Source: Scyliorhinus canicula
Taxonomy: Eukaryota
Direction: 5' to 3'
NCBI RefSeq assembly: GCF_902713615.1
Contig: NC_052164.1
Location: 8,905,088-8,969,087 of the forward strand
Length of the DNA stretch: 64,000 nt
Below the pieces are notes generated by a model that was not told the origin of the DNA, did not search any database, and saw only the letters and a program-made list of their open reading frames with translations. The first letter of the stretch is position 1, and every line of letters begins with the position of its first letter. The translations under genes were made by a program, and so were the position numbers. This document shows, in pieces, positions 22,661-34,357 of this stretch.

Positions 22661-25600
22661 GTGAAATCTGAAATAGAAATAGAAAATGCCGAAAACCCCC
22701 AGCTGGTCTGGTAGCATCTGTGGAGAGAGAAACTGAATCAAGATCTGGAGTCTGTGCTGACCCTCCAGAGCTGATAGAGACCGAAAAGTCTGCACGGGAA
22801 CCCCCACATCTCCCTCACCCTCCGTACACACTACCCACTGGGCAGGTGGGAGTGATCAATGAAGAATTTAACGTTGATTTTAGCACCAAGGCATGTGGCA
22901 TCAGCAGAAAGGGCAACCTTAAGCCAGGACCTGTGAAGCTATCCAGGTTGGATAGTTTTATAGTGGGACGAGTTTAGCGATCAGGCCAATTGTCTGTTGG
23001 GGTTGGTTTTGGCTTGAAAGGGTCCTGGGTTAGGGTGGACAGAAACAATAGGATTGGCAACGCATAGGAACCCTCAGAAATACCCTGAGAACCTGGAGCC
23101 TCTAAACGCCCACCGCAGATTTTGATCTCTCCGCTGATATATAAAATCACTTGACCAATGTGATGATTCTTAAATCCTATTTCTGCTTTCTGTGTGTTGT
23201 GAATAAATGCGATTCAACTCCATTCTCCTGTACCACACCACAACTTTTCAGTTTTGTAAATTATACTCACTGGGGACTTCGGAAATGTGATTTATGTCTC
23301 TTGGTAGACAGAGCAAAGGGAATAAAAAACATCTGTACAGGAAGCGTATTCAAAAGCAACATTTGGAATCAAAGTAAGTGGTCAAGAAATCCCGGTTATT
23401 TTATGGGCAGATTACTTATCTGTAGATTCAAATGTTCAGCCAAATAGTGCAGTCTGTGGAGTTCTCGGAACTATTGCAATGTGGAATTCATCGACCTTGT
23501 AAATCGATGCATCGATCCCTTGGTACAAATTAATACCAAGAATATAACAAGCCCCGTATTGGACCAACAAAAATTACACGTGGGCACCTTGCCTTTAGCA
23601 GTCTCTCACTGGGACCAGGAATTTTCAATCTTAATGGTTTAACCATCAAACCATTGTTTGAAAAAATAAATCATGGTTAAACATTGTACACATTTTCCAG
23701 AGAATTAGAAAGTGTCTTAGTTATTTGAGCTGTTACAGTTGTCCCTTTGAAATGCAGTTGGGGCTTATTTTGTCGATATTTTAACAAGTCTGCAGAGTGA
23801 CATCTACCTACCACCCCATGTCTTGTGATAACGTTTGTGAAGGTACACTTCAAAATGAATTATTGTTGGCACAGAGGCAATAAAAAACCCAAATGTGACA
23901 TTTCAGTGCTATCATACGTATCCGCTCCAACAGATACCCATTTATGTAACACATCTTGTGTGAAGCCACCATTACCTGTAAACGTATGTCAACAACTACA
24001 AGAGTTTATAGAACCATTCTTTAAAATACTTTAAAAAGGCTGCATGACACTTAAAAAAACAAACAGCACATATATTTCGTTCAGCGTTTAGGATTTTAAT
24101 GACCAACCAGAATATTCAGTTTGATACAGCAGATTTTATTTGCACCTGAATTCTATCCCTTCTGGCAAAATGCTACTTATTGCGTATGAAAGAGCACATC
24201 AAACATCCGAGTCACCGTCTTTAAAGGTCTGAACGCCCTTTTGACAGCATTAGATTGGTGGATATCAGTTATCTTTTTAATCACTTCAACAGGGCGTCGG
24301 TGAAGCCACAAATGATGACATGTTACTAAAAACTGCCTTGAATCCTATTTCATCTAGATTCCATTCCGTGCGGTATGAAGCAATCCAGACTATAGCTGAA
24401 ACAGATGTCTGGATCCTAAAGCAAAATGGGTGAACGGAGAAGGTTCCAGTAGTACGATTTCTGCTCCCAATACCAACTATTTGTTTCCACCAACTCTAAC
24501 CCCACCTAACACCCCCCCCCCCCCCCCCCCCCACTAAAAAAAAGACTCTTGGTTAGGCAAGCTCTGCCACGAGACAAGTTACACTTCTTACTAATCTTAC
24601 CAATGAGAACTAATACCAACACTGCAGCCAGAATATACACACTTCTTTCCAAAATATGTTCCGGTAAGTAGGCCCAAATCTGGGATTGAAATCCTTATCA
24701 TACTTGTATTTTTCTAGGGGAAGGCGTTCCAAACCCTTACCCTACTCACCAGAGACATGTTGTTGCTCACGTTGTGATGTTTGATTTCTGTCTTTTATGT
24801 TCAGACCCCGTCAACACACAATGTTGGAGGTTGCATACAGGGGCGAGTAGCTACCCATCCAGGTGAATTACCGCCAAATCTCTTCAAATCCCTGCATCTT
24901 CTGGAATGAAAGTAATTCCACCTCAAAGCTAAAGCATCCCTTGACATTCTTAGAATCGTAGCTTTCTGGGTACGCCAGTTTTGTACTTAACAAGAGGTTA
25001 TTTCATTTCAACATAAACTGTTCAAATTAAAGGGAACTGTATTCTTTACAGATCATTTTCACCCATGTGGATTTGAATTATAACTAATAATGAATAACAC
25101 ATGAATGACTGATTCTGCGTGTATTTACATAAATAATTGATATTTGGGTAATCGAGATAAGCACGTTCCTGGGCTAAGGACAGATTCCAGAGTGCACCTC
25201 GATTGGTTTACATCATTTAGAAATATGGATTATCAGTCAAACTGAAAATGCAGTTATTACGAGTGAAGTAGAATTCATTTCAGTGCTAAAATCGTAATAG
25301 GTGTGATTTCTGGTAATTGTGTTACTAATTTTAATATTATAGCAACTGTACATTGTCAACGAGACGATTTGATGTTTTTAACTGATGCAAGATAGCTATT
25401 AATTACTCTGACTGTCAGGAGAGTATTTTAAATTACACTTAACGTAGTTGGGCATAATGCTTCATTCCCTATATTGCTGAAACAGAATTGTTACGTTTTA
25501 TACCGAGATCCAGTCACATTGTTCTGGGATATTTAACCCTCCTTACTTGTCAAAAACGTTGTTAATGGAGAGTGGATCGGCATATATATTGGGAGCATGC

Positions 25601-26399
25601 AGCGGTCCTTGTCCGATGCACCCCTTATCTCGCCGAAATTAAACGTTAGATGTGTGATTTGTCGACCTAGCACAAACAGTTGATTTTTCCACAAGATACA
25701 TATATCTCCCAGTCTTAATTAACCGTATATTTCCTTTTATAATAACTCAGATTGATGCTACCGGCGGCAGGGACGCCTCTTTGATTAACAGTGAGCTTTC
25801 CTCTGCTGTACAGAATGCAGCCATGACAAAGACAGCTAGTGCCCCACAATCTACAACACATTATTGTATGTATATATCTGTGCAACATCTTTTTTTAAAA
25901 AGTGTTACAACAGTGAACATGTCCTTTTGAGTCTTGGATTTGAAAATATTATGTGAAAAATTGCCTTCATTCAGCTGATGTACTAATAGGGTTCTTTTCG
26001 ACTCCCACACAGATCACAGCAGTGATGCCTCCTTCCCCTAAAATAATTGGGGATGTTGGGGGGGGGGTGTTGTTTTTTGAGGAATGCACTTTGCCTTTTA
26101 CATCAGATGGTTCCCATTAATGTAACTTTCGATTAGGGAGTTGTTGCATCTAACTCAATTTGCTGAATTTCTTTGTTAGAATTAGGGCTCTGTTACAAAA
26201 ATAAATAAATCCATGCTTCACTGCTGGTGATATGGTAGAAATTTATTCATTTTTTTGAAAAAAAGAAACCCTGTCTGCGCATCTTTTGAGTAAAACATGC
26301 TGCCTAATTGTTTTTTTTTTTCTCCCCTTCCCTCCCAAGTCACAACATCAGCGATGTTGTTCCCACACACTCAGTGCTCCCTTTGTCCTCCCTTTCTCT

Positions 26400-26728
26400 T
26401 CCAGCGCAGGTCTTCCAGTATCCCGGCATGCTCGGCCGGGCCCGCCCGCACGCCCGCGGTGACTCTTCACTTTCCTCTCCCCGCCCGGCTTCCGGCGCAA
26501 CCCAACTCGCTAGGCCGCTGACCGACGGGACGCGGACCAATTGTAGAGCGCCACTGGCGGCGGGGGGCCAATGGCCGAGGCCGGGAGGCGGGACCGCATC
26601 AAGCTGGGTTGAGCGGCAGCCGGAAGCTGGGAGCGACGGTTGTCCTGGTGTTAGTTTCTTTTGGTTTTGGAAGTTAGGAAAATACAGGAAAGTTCACGGC
26701 GCTTGGGCCAGGCTGACAACGGCGCAGG
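26400..26728 (+). promoter_or_regulatory. PSMB3: PSMB3 CpG-island promoter and 5' UTR
   Basis: CpG-dense; CCAAT at 26537 and 26568 (31 bp apart), GC box gggaggcggg 26583-26592, ETS-like ccggaag 26620-26626; no clear TATA. Confidence 0.8.
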
Positions 26729-26731
26729 ATG
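26729..26731 (+). CDS. PSMB3: PSMB3 coding exon 1 (ATG only)
   Basis: gcaggATG|gtgagt: A at -3 and consensus donor, just downstream of the CpG promoter; completes a 618-nt CDS in phase with exon 2. Confidence 0.88.
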
Positions 26732-27130
26732 GTGAGTGGCGGGAGGGAAGAGCATTCAGACATGTAACTCTGATCCACAGCATCTTGTTCAATGAGCCAG
26801 GCCTGACCTGCCCAATGTGGCCGCGCTCCCCATTCCAGGCCAGGCCTGATTTACTTTCATTTTTAACCTGTCTGTGTGGAGTTTGCACATTCTCCCCGTG
26901 TCTGCACCGGTTAATTTTACTGCAGTTATCAATAGTTTCTCTTCACCCACAGCTTGTGCCAGGGGAATTTAGGGCTCCTTTTCCAGGGGTCACTCCATCT
27001 CTTTGCAGAGTCAGGCGGGTCTTTCCTCAATAATTTACCTTTTTATTTCTTTACAATGCTTGAGATCCTTCATAATTCCCAAAATTATTCATTTTTAGTT
27101 GAAGATATGTTCCTTAGGGCAGCAGCCTCT

Positions 27131-27450
27131 GGGCAGCACGGTAGCACAAGTGGATAGCAGTGTGGCTTCACAGCGCCAGCGTTCCAGGTTCGATCCCCCG
27201 CTGGGTCACTGTCTGTGCGGAGTCTGCATGTTCTCCCCGTGTATGCGTGGGTTTCCTCCGGGTACTCTGGTTTCCTCCCACAGTCCAAAGACGTGCAGGT
27301 TAGGTGGATTGATCATGATAAATTGCCCTTAGTGACCAAAAGGTCGAGAATGGTTATTGGGTTATGGGGATAGGGGGGAAGTGAGGGCTTAAGTGGGTCG
27401 GTGCAGACTCCATGGGCCGAATGGCCTCCTTCTGCACTGTATGTTCTATG
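27131..27450 (+). mobile_element. Family A SINE (CR1-type tail)
   Basis: gggcagcacggtagc..catgggccgaatggcctccttctgcactgtatgttctatg. Confidence 0.92.
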
Positions 27451-27559
27451 AGGTTGCAGGTTCGATCCTGGCTCTGGGTCACTGTGTGGAGATTGCACAA
27501 TCTCCCCGTGTCTGCATGGGTTTCGCCCCCACAACCCAAAGATGTGCATGTGCAGGCTT

Positions 27560-27836
27560 GACACTGCTCTGAAGTTGCTGTGAAAAGCCCCTAGTCGCCA
27601 CACTCCGGCGCCTGTTCGGGTACACGGAGGCAGAATTCAGAATGTCCATTTCACCTAACAAACATGTCTTTTGGGACTTGGGGGAGGAAACCGGAGCACC
27701 CGTGGGGCACCCGCAGGAAACCCATGGAGGCACGACGAGAACGTGCATACCCCTCACAGTCAGTGACTCATGTGGGAATCAAACCCAGGTCCCTCGTGCT
27801 GTGAAGCAACAGTGCTAACCACTGTGCTACCGTGCC
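27560..27836 (-). mobile_element. Family D SINE (V-SINE head joined to the family C tail), preceded by a family B fragment at 27453-27558 (+)
   Basis: Reverse complement: ggcacggtagcacagtggttagc..cccaagtcccaaaagacatg..ctgaattctgcctccgtgtacccgaacaggcgccggagtgtggcgactaggggcttttcacag. Confidence 0.85.
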
Positions 27837-28046
27837 AGTCAGTTAATTCCTTCGTCTTGTTTGCAGTTAGTTGACCTGCATTTTGCAAGCTGATATATTT
27901 CCTGATGTTGTTTGTTTTTCTCACCATTTTGCTGATTTGTTTTTCAGATTTGTGTCGGTTAGCACAAATTGATGGTGCAAATGGCTTCTTGACATGCCTT
28001 TAACGTGGTGTGTACTGTGTAAATGCAGCCCCTAGTTCTCCAACTT

Positions 28047-28378
28047 ATAAGAACTAGGAGCAGGAGTAGGCCATCTAGCCCCTTGAGCCTGGTCCGACAT
28101 TCAATAAGATCATGTCTGATCTTTTTATGGACTTAGCTCCACTTACCCGCCTGTTCACTAACCTTTTACTCCTTTACTGTTCAAAAATGTATCTACCTTT
28201 GCCTTAAAAACATTGAACAAGTTAGTCTCAACTGCTTCACTTGGCAGGGAATTCCACAGATTCACAACCCTTTGGGCGAAGAAGTTCCTCCTCAACTCAG
28301 TCCTAAATCTGCTCCCCCTTATTTTGAAGCTATGCCACCTAGTTCTAGTTTCACCTGCCAGTGGAAACAACCTATCCA
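28047..28378 (-). mobile_element. Young CR1 3' end
   Basis: RLFPLAGETRTRWHSFKIRGSRFRTELRRNFFAQRVVNLWNSLP; close to the copy at 40640-40980. Confidence 0.92.
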
Positions 28379-28449
28379 TGTTACTGAAGTCCATTGTCCA
28401 TGGAACCATTTTTGTAAATCCCCTCTCTAATGCTTTTGCAGCCTTCTTT

Positions 28450-28676
28450 TTTCTTCATAAATTTAGAGTACCCAATTTATTTTTTCCAATTAAGGGGCAA
28501 TTTAGCATAGCCAATCTACCTAGCCTGAACATCTTTGGGTTGTGGGGGCGAGACCCATGCAAACACAGGGAGAATGTACAAACTCCACATGGACAGTGAC
28601 CCAGAGCCAGCATCGAACATGGGACCGTGGCGCCGTGAGGCAGCAGTGCTAATCCACTGCACCACTCTGCTGCCTT
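28450..28676 (-). mobile_element. Family B SINE with 12-bp TSD
   Basis: TSD tgcagccttctt at 28438-28449 and 28678-28689. Confidence 0.92.
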
Positions 28677-28951
28677 GTGCAGCCTTCTTAAAGTGTGGTG
28701 CCAAGAAATGGATGCAGAAGTCCAGCTGAGGCCATAGTCTCCTTGCTTTACTCAAGTCCTTACTTATAAAGCCTAAGATGCCATATGCTTTATTCTCTGC
28801 CTGCCCCAACACCGTCAACAATTTGTATACATATCTCCCTGGTCTCTCTGCGCCTGAACACTGATCTTACGAGCAGTGCTTAGGTCCTGCAAATTAATAA
28901 ATAAAATATCTTATTGTTGAAGAGTTAATTGTCAGCATATTTAAATGTACT

Positions 28952-29142
28952 GGGCTGTTTAGCGCAGGGCTAAATCGCTGGCTTTGAAAGCAGACCAAGG
29001 CAGGCCAGCAGCACGGTTCAATTCCCGTACCAGCCTCCCCGAACAGGCGCTGGAATGTGGCGACTAGGGGCTTTTCACAGTAACTTCATTTGAAGCCTAC
29101 TTGTGACAATAAGCGATTTTCATTTCATTTCATTTTTCATTT
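28952..29142 (+). mobile_element. Family C SINE with (CATTT)n tail
   Basis: gggctgtttagc..gctaaatcgctggc..ggttcaattcccgtaccagcct..gacaataagcgattttcatttcatttc. Confidence 0.9.
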
Positions 29143-30208
29143 AGTAATTAGTTCATTAAGCATTATTGTTATCCCTTATACAATGTGATCCATTATTGGC
29201 TTGGCGTCTAACTTAGCAAGCACAATTTAATTGCAGAGAGAGCCCTGTCCAGTAAATAATTTCCTTTTCAACATTTGACTTTTCTATTAGATTTAAACTT
29301 CCTTGATTCCAATCTCACTGAACTTTAATATCTGAAATTTGGCACATGTGGAAGTAATTATCAAACTAACTTTACAATATTTATACTGGCTCACTCCTGG
29401 ATAATTGTTTCTGCATTCAGCTCCATTGTGAAAGATAACTGCATTGGCCATGGACCCTTTTAATAGTTGGTGTACCAAACTGTTGCTTCATGAAAGGAAT
29501 ATCTCCATTGCAATGTTTTTCTATATTCTATATTCCGATATAGCCAATGTGTTTTAATGTTGCAGCAATAAGGTTGTTTTTGTGACTTGAGAATGCACAA
29601 GTTTAAATTGTACAAACACTGCCAGTGACTGCCCTATAACCACTGACATCAATCCTGTTGTTTCTCAGCTCAAAGCTCTTCCCCCAGGGCAAAGGGTTGA
29701 AACCTATACTTGTTTTGCTGGATGATTATCCGATATAGCTGTGAAATAGAATGAAAATTTCACTCCTCTACCCTGGCATCCTGTTGATGACATTCTAGTG
29801 GCAATATTGATCTGAACTCTGTACAATAAAGTAAATTAGCATGGACAAGAAAATGTAATGTATACACACAACAACTATTGGTAAATAAGAGAAACGCCAA
29901 TAAAAAGATTTAAAAAAACAAAATACTGATCTGAATAATAGAATGGTTTTTTAAAAAAAAACTTATTCGCACTGGTGATCCGAGGTGTGGCTTGTTTTAA
30001 TATATTTTTATGTAAGTATTTTGTCAGGACGTGTAATGCATGAAACTATCCCTGGTGGATTTTATAAAAATTCACCCAGAATATTTCAGGAGAGTGCTCT
30101 TTGAGGAGCAGTTTTTCCTTAATCATTATTCAACATTATTTTGCGATGTAGTCAGACATTAAATGTTGTCAGAGTGTCTAACTTGCACTTTTCTTGCTCT
30201 TCTCCCAG

Positions 30209-30393
30209 TCGCACATGTCATATAACGGTGGGGCTGTTATGGCCATGAGGGGTAAAGGCTGTGTGGCAATAGCAGCGGACAGACGGTTTGGAATTCAGGC
30301 ACAGCTGGTGACAACTGACTTCCAGAAAATCTTTCCAATGGGCGAGAGGCTATTTATTGGACTGGCTGGTCTCGGCACAGATGTACAGACTGT
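30209..30393 (+). CDS. PSMB3: PSMB3 exon 2 (proteasome subunit beta type-3)
   Basis: cccag|..[61 protein letters not shown](V)|gtaagt; 185 nt. Confidence 0.98.
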
Positions 30394-30644
30394 GTAAGTA
30401 CACCTGAGGTTGGTTTTGTTTGATATCTGATCAGGGGTAAGATTCCCTCAATTAGACAGTATTGTAGAATTTAGATTGCCCAGTTCCGCTACATCGTCAA
30501 TTTCAGGAAGGGCAACATTTCAGTGAAGCAGTTTGATTGGAAAGTGTCAGGTTTTATTGGCGGTACTGATTTCAGCTGCAAATTCGCTCTGCAAATGGCC
30601 TGAATGCCCTGGACTAGCAAGGGATAAACGTACTCGTGATTCCA

Positions 30645-30860
30645 TTTTTAAAATAAATTTAGAGTACCCAATTATTTTTCCAATTAAGGGGCAATTTAGA
30701 GTGGCCAATCCATCCACCCTGCGCATCTTTGGGTTGTGGGGCTGAGATCCACGCAGATACAGGGAAGAATGTACAAATTCACCACGGAGCGTGACCCGGG
30801 GCTGGGATTGAACCAGAGTCCTTTGTGCCGTGAGGCAGCAGTGCTAGCCACCATGCCGCT
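30645..30860 (-). mobile_element. Family B SINE
   Basis: Tail aatttagagtacccaatt.. through head gtgaggcagcagtgctagccaccatgccgc. Confidence 0.88.
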
Positions 30861-31409
30861 CTTGTGTTTTCTATTGAAAAAAATCCTGTTTTGGCTATTC
30901 AGCTCTCTGAGCCTGGTCTGCCATGGCCGATCTGATTGTCATCTCAACTCCACCTTCTTGTCTACCCACCATAGTTCTTGTATCCCTTGTCTATCTAACT
31001 CAGCCTTGCATACATTCAGTGACCCAGCCTCCACTGCTTTCTGGGGCAGGGAATTCCACACACTATGGACCCTCTAAGAGAAACAAATTCTCCCCATATC
31101 CATATTAGAAGGGAGACCTCTTATTCTTAAACTGTGTCCTTCACGGTACATGCCCTATAAGTGGTCTTGTGTGTTCTACTATGATCACCTCTTTCTTCTG
31201 CAGAGGGTCTGCTTCTCAGGGGAGGAGTAAAATGTATGGGGACACAATAATTATAGGGGATTCAATTGTAAGGAAATAGGTAAGTGTTCCTGGGCCACAA
31301 ACAAGACTCCAGGACGGTATGTTGCCTCTCTGGTGCTAGGATCAAGCATGTCTCTCAGAGTGGTTGCAGGACATTCTGGGGAGGGGGAGATCATTATGAG
31401 TGACCATAA

Positions 31410-31754
31410 TATAGAACATAGAACAGCACAGAACAGGCCCTTCGGCCCTCGATGTTGTGCCGAGCAATGATCACCCTACTCAAACCCACATATCCACCCT
31501 ATACCCGTAACCCAACAACCCCCCCCCCCCCTTAACCTTACTTTTTAAGGACACTACGGACAATTTAGCATGGCCAATCCACCTAACCCGCACATCTTTG
31601 GACTGTGGGAGGAAACCGGAGCACCCGGAGGAAACCCACGCACACACGGGGAGGACGTGCAGACTCCGCACAGACAGTGACCCAGCCGGGAACCGAACCT
31701 GGGACCCTGGAGCTGTGAAGCATTTATGCTAACCACCATGCTACCGTGCTGCCC
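31410..31754 (-). mobile_element. Family A SINE variant (alternative CR1-type tail) nested in CR1
   Basis: Reverse-complement tail gggccgaagggcctgttctgtgctgttctatgttctat. Confidence 0.9.
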
Positions 31755-31799
31755 TCATATGCCCTAATATGAATTCTTCATCAAGATGGAAAGTGACGT

Positions 31800-32207
31800 C
31801 GGTGGCGCAATGGTTAGCACTGCTGTCTCATGCCGCCAAGGATGTGGGTTCAATCCCGGCCCCGGGTCAGTGTCCGTGTGGGGTTTGCACATTCTCCTCC
31901 ATGTCTGCGTGGGTCTCACCTCCACAAGCCAAAGATGTGCAGGGTAGGTGGATTGGTCACGCTAAATTGAAATGAAATGAAAATGGCTTATTGTCACGAG
32001 TAGGCTTCAATGAGGTTACTGTGAAAAGCCCCTAGTCGCCACATTCCGGCGCCTGTCCGGGGAGGCTGGTACGGGAATCGAACCGTGCTGCTGGCCTGCT
32101 TGGTCTGCTTTAAAAGCCAGCGATTTAGCCGAGTGAGCTAAACCAGCCCCAAAATGTCCCCATAATTGGTTTTTTTATGAATTGGGTACTTTAAATTATT
32201 TTAAAAA
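31800..32207 (+). mobile_element. Family B SINE split by an antisense family C SINE (31968-32150, -)
   Basis: B sequence stops at gctaaattg and resumes at aaaatgtccccataattgg..attgggtactttaaatt. Confidence 0.88.
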
Positions 32208-32492
32208 GATGAAAAAGTACATAATTGATTCTGAGACTAGTGTCGTGAAACTTAATCAAGGGAACTACGGTGGTATGAGGCCTGATGGATTGGGGAACGT
32301 TCTTTAAAGGGTTGCTAGACAATGGCAAACATTCAAAGAGTGCATGGGTGAACTGCAACAATAGTTCATTTCTGTCTGACTCAAAAAAATCAAACGGGAA
32401 AGGTAGCCAAACTATTGCTTACGAGGGAAATTAGAGTTAGTATTAGATCAAAGGTGGAGGGATACAAATTGACAAGAAAGGACAGCAGACCT

Positions 32493-32720
32493 TTTTTAAA
32501 ATATAAATTTAGAGTACCCAATTCATTTTTTCCAATTAAGGGGATTTAGCGTAGCCAATCCACCTAACCTGCACATCTTTGGGTTGTGGGGGCAAAACCC
32601 ACGCAAACATGGGGAGAATGTGCAAACTCCGCATGGACAGTGACCCAGAGCCGGGATCAAACCTGGGACCTCGGCGCCGTGAGGCTGCAGAGCTAACCCA
32701 CTGCGCCACCGTGCTGCCCC
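32493..32720 (-). mobile_element. Family B SINE with 14-bp TSD, nested in CR1
   Basis: TSD aggacagcagacct at 32479-32492 and 32721-32734. Confidence 0.93.
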
Positions 32721-33950
32721 AGGACAGCAGACCTGAAGATTGGCAGCAGTTTAGAACTCAGCAACAGAGGAGAAAGGGATTGATTAAGAAGGGGAAAATA
32801 GAGAGTAAGCTGGCGAGGAACATAAAAACTGACTAAAAGCTTCTATATGTATGAAGAGAAAAAGATTGGTGAAGGCAAATGTCAGTCAGAAACAGTGGAA
32901 TTTATAATGGGGAACAAATAAATGGCTGACTAGCTGAATAAGTACATTGGTTCTGTCTTCACAGAGGAGGACACAAATAACAAAGCAGAAATGTTGGGGA
33001 ACACCGGGGTTTAGTGAGAGGGAGGAAGTGAAGAAAATCAGAAATGGCGTTGGGGATATTGATGGAATTGAAGGCTGAAAAATCAACAGGACCTGATAAT
33101 CTTTCAGAGTTCTGAAGGAAGTGGTCCTAGAAATAGTGGATGCATTGGTGGGCATCTTCCAAGATTCTGGAACAGTACCTACAGATTAGAGGGTAACCCT
33201 ACTATTTTAAAAAAGGGAGGCAGAGAGAAAACAGGCCTTGACGTCGGTCGTGGGGAAAATGCCCACCATTATCAAGATTTAATAGCAAAGCTCTTGGAAA
33301 ACAGTGGCAGGATCCGACAGAGTCAGCAAAGAATTCCGAAAGGGAAATCATGCTTGACAAATTTACTGGAATTGTTTTGAGGATGTAACTAGTAGAGTTG
33401 GCGAGGAGGAGCCAGTGGATATTGTTTATTTGTACTTTCAGAAAGCTTTTGACAAAGTCCCACATAAGAAATTAGCATGTCAAATGAAAGTGCATGGGAT
33501 TGGGGGTAATATATTGAGATGGTTAGAACGTGGGTTAGCAGCCAAGAAACAAAGAGTAGGAATAAACGGGCCTTTTTCCAAATGGTAGGCAGTAACTAGT
33601 GGGGTACTGCAGGCATCGGTGCTACGACCCCAGTCATTCACAATATAAATGATTTAGATGGGGGAACTAAATGTAATATCTCAAAATTTGCAGGTGACAG
33701 AAAATTCGGTGGGTAGGTGAGCTGTGAGAAAGATGCGTCAGCGTGATTTGGACAAGTTGAGTGAGTGGGCAAATGCATGGCAGATGCAGTATAATGTTGA
33801 TAAATGAATGTGAGGTTATCCACTTGGTAGCAAAAACAGGAAGAAAGGTTATTATCTCAATAGCTATAGATTGAGAGAGGGGATTATACAATGAGGCCTA
33901 GGTGCCCTTGCAATACAGTCGCTAAAGCTAAGTATGCAGGTGGCGTGGTT

Positions 33951-34108
33951 GGGCGGCATGGTGGCACAGTGGTTAGCACTGCTGCCCCACAGCTCCAGTG
34001 ACCCTGGTTTATGGGTGGAGGCGTGGGTTTAAGTAGGGTGCTCTTCCCAAGGGCCGGTGCAAACTCAATGGGCCGAATGGCCTCCTGCACTGTAAATTCT
34101 ATGATTCT
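33951..34108 (+). mobile_element. Internally deleted family A SINE nested in CR1
   Basis: Head joined directly to tail; V-core missing. Confidence 0.8.
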
Positions 34109-34357
34109 AGGTGCAGCTGGCGATAAGGAAGGCAGTTGGCATGTTGGCCTTCAAAGCGAGAGGATTTGAATACAGGCGGAGGGGTGACTTGCTGCGATTA
34201 TACAGGATTTTGGTGAGACCACACCTGGAATATTGTGTGCAGTTTTAGTCTCCTTGTCTGAGGAAGGATGTGCAGAGTTTGCATGTTCTCCCCATGTAGA
34301 TGTGGGTGTCCTCTGAGTGCTCTGGTTTCCTCCCACAGTCCAAAGATGGCAGGTTAA

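Larger units (their letters stand above)
31205..34270 (+). mobile_element. Internally deleted, decayed CR1 LINE (ORF1 esterase remnant plus ORF2/RT remnant) with nested SINEs
   Basis: IIIGDSIVR and SRTVCCLSGARIKHVS (SGNH esterase-like) at 31245-31355; YLYFQKAFDKVPHKKL at about 33425; YRILVRPHLEYCVQF at about 34200. Confidence 0.85.

Noticed and set aside
1-26400. PCGF2/BMI1 or other coding exons expected from synteny
   Set aside because: No RING-finger or other recognisable exon found; RSDK in ORF 4123..4404 is a chance match. Small or diverged exons cannot be excluded without TBLASTN.
26297-27033. 241-aa ORF over the PSMB3 promoter
   Set aside because: GC-rich CpG island plus a SINE fragment; no recognisable domain.
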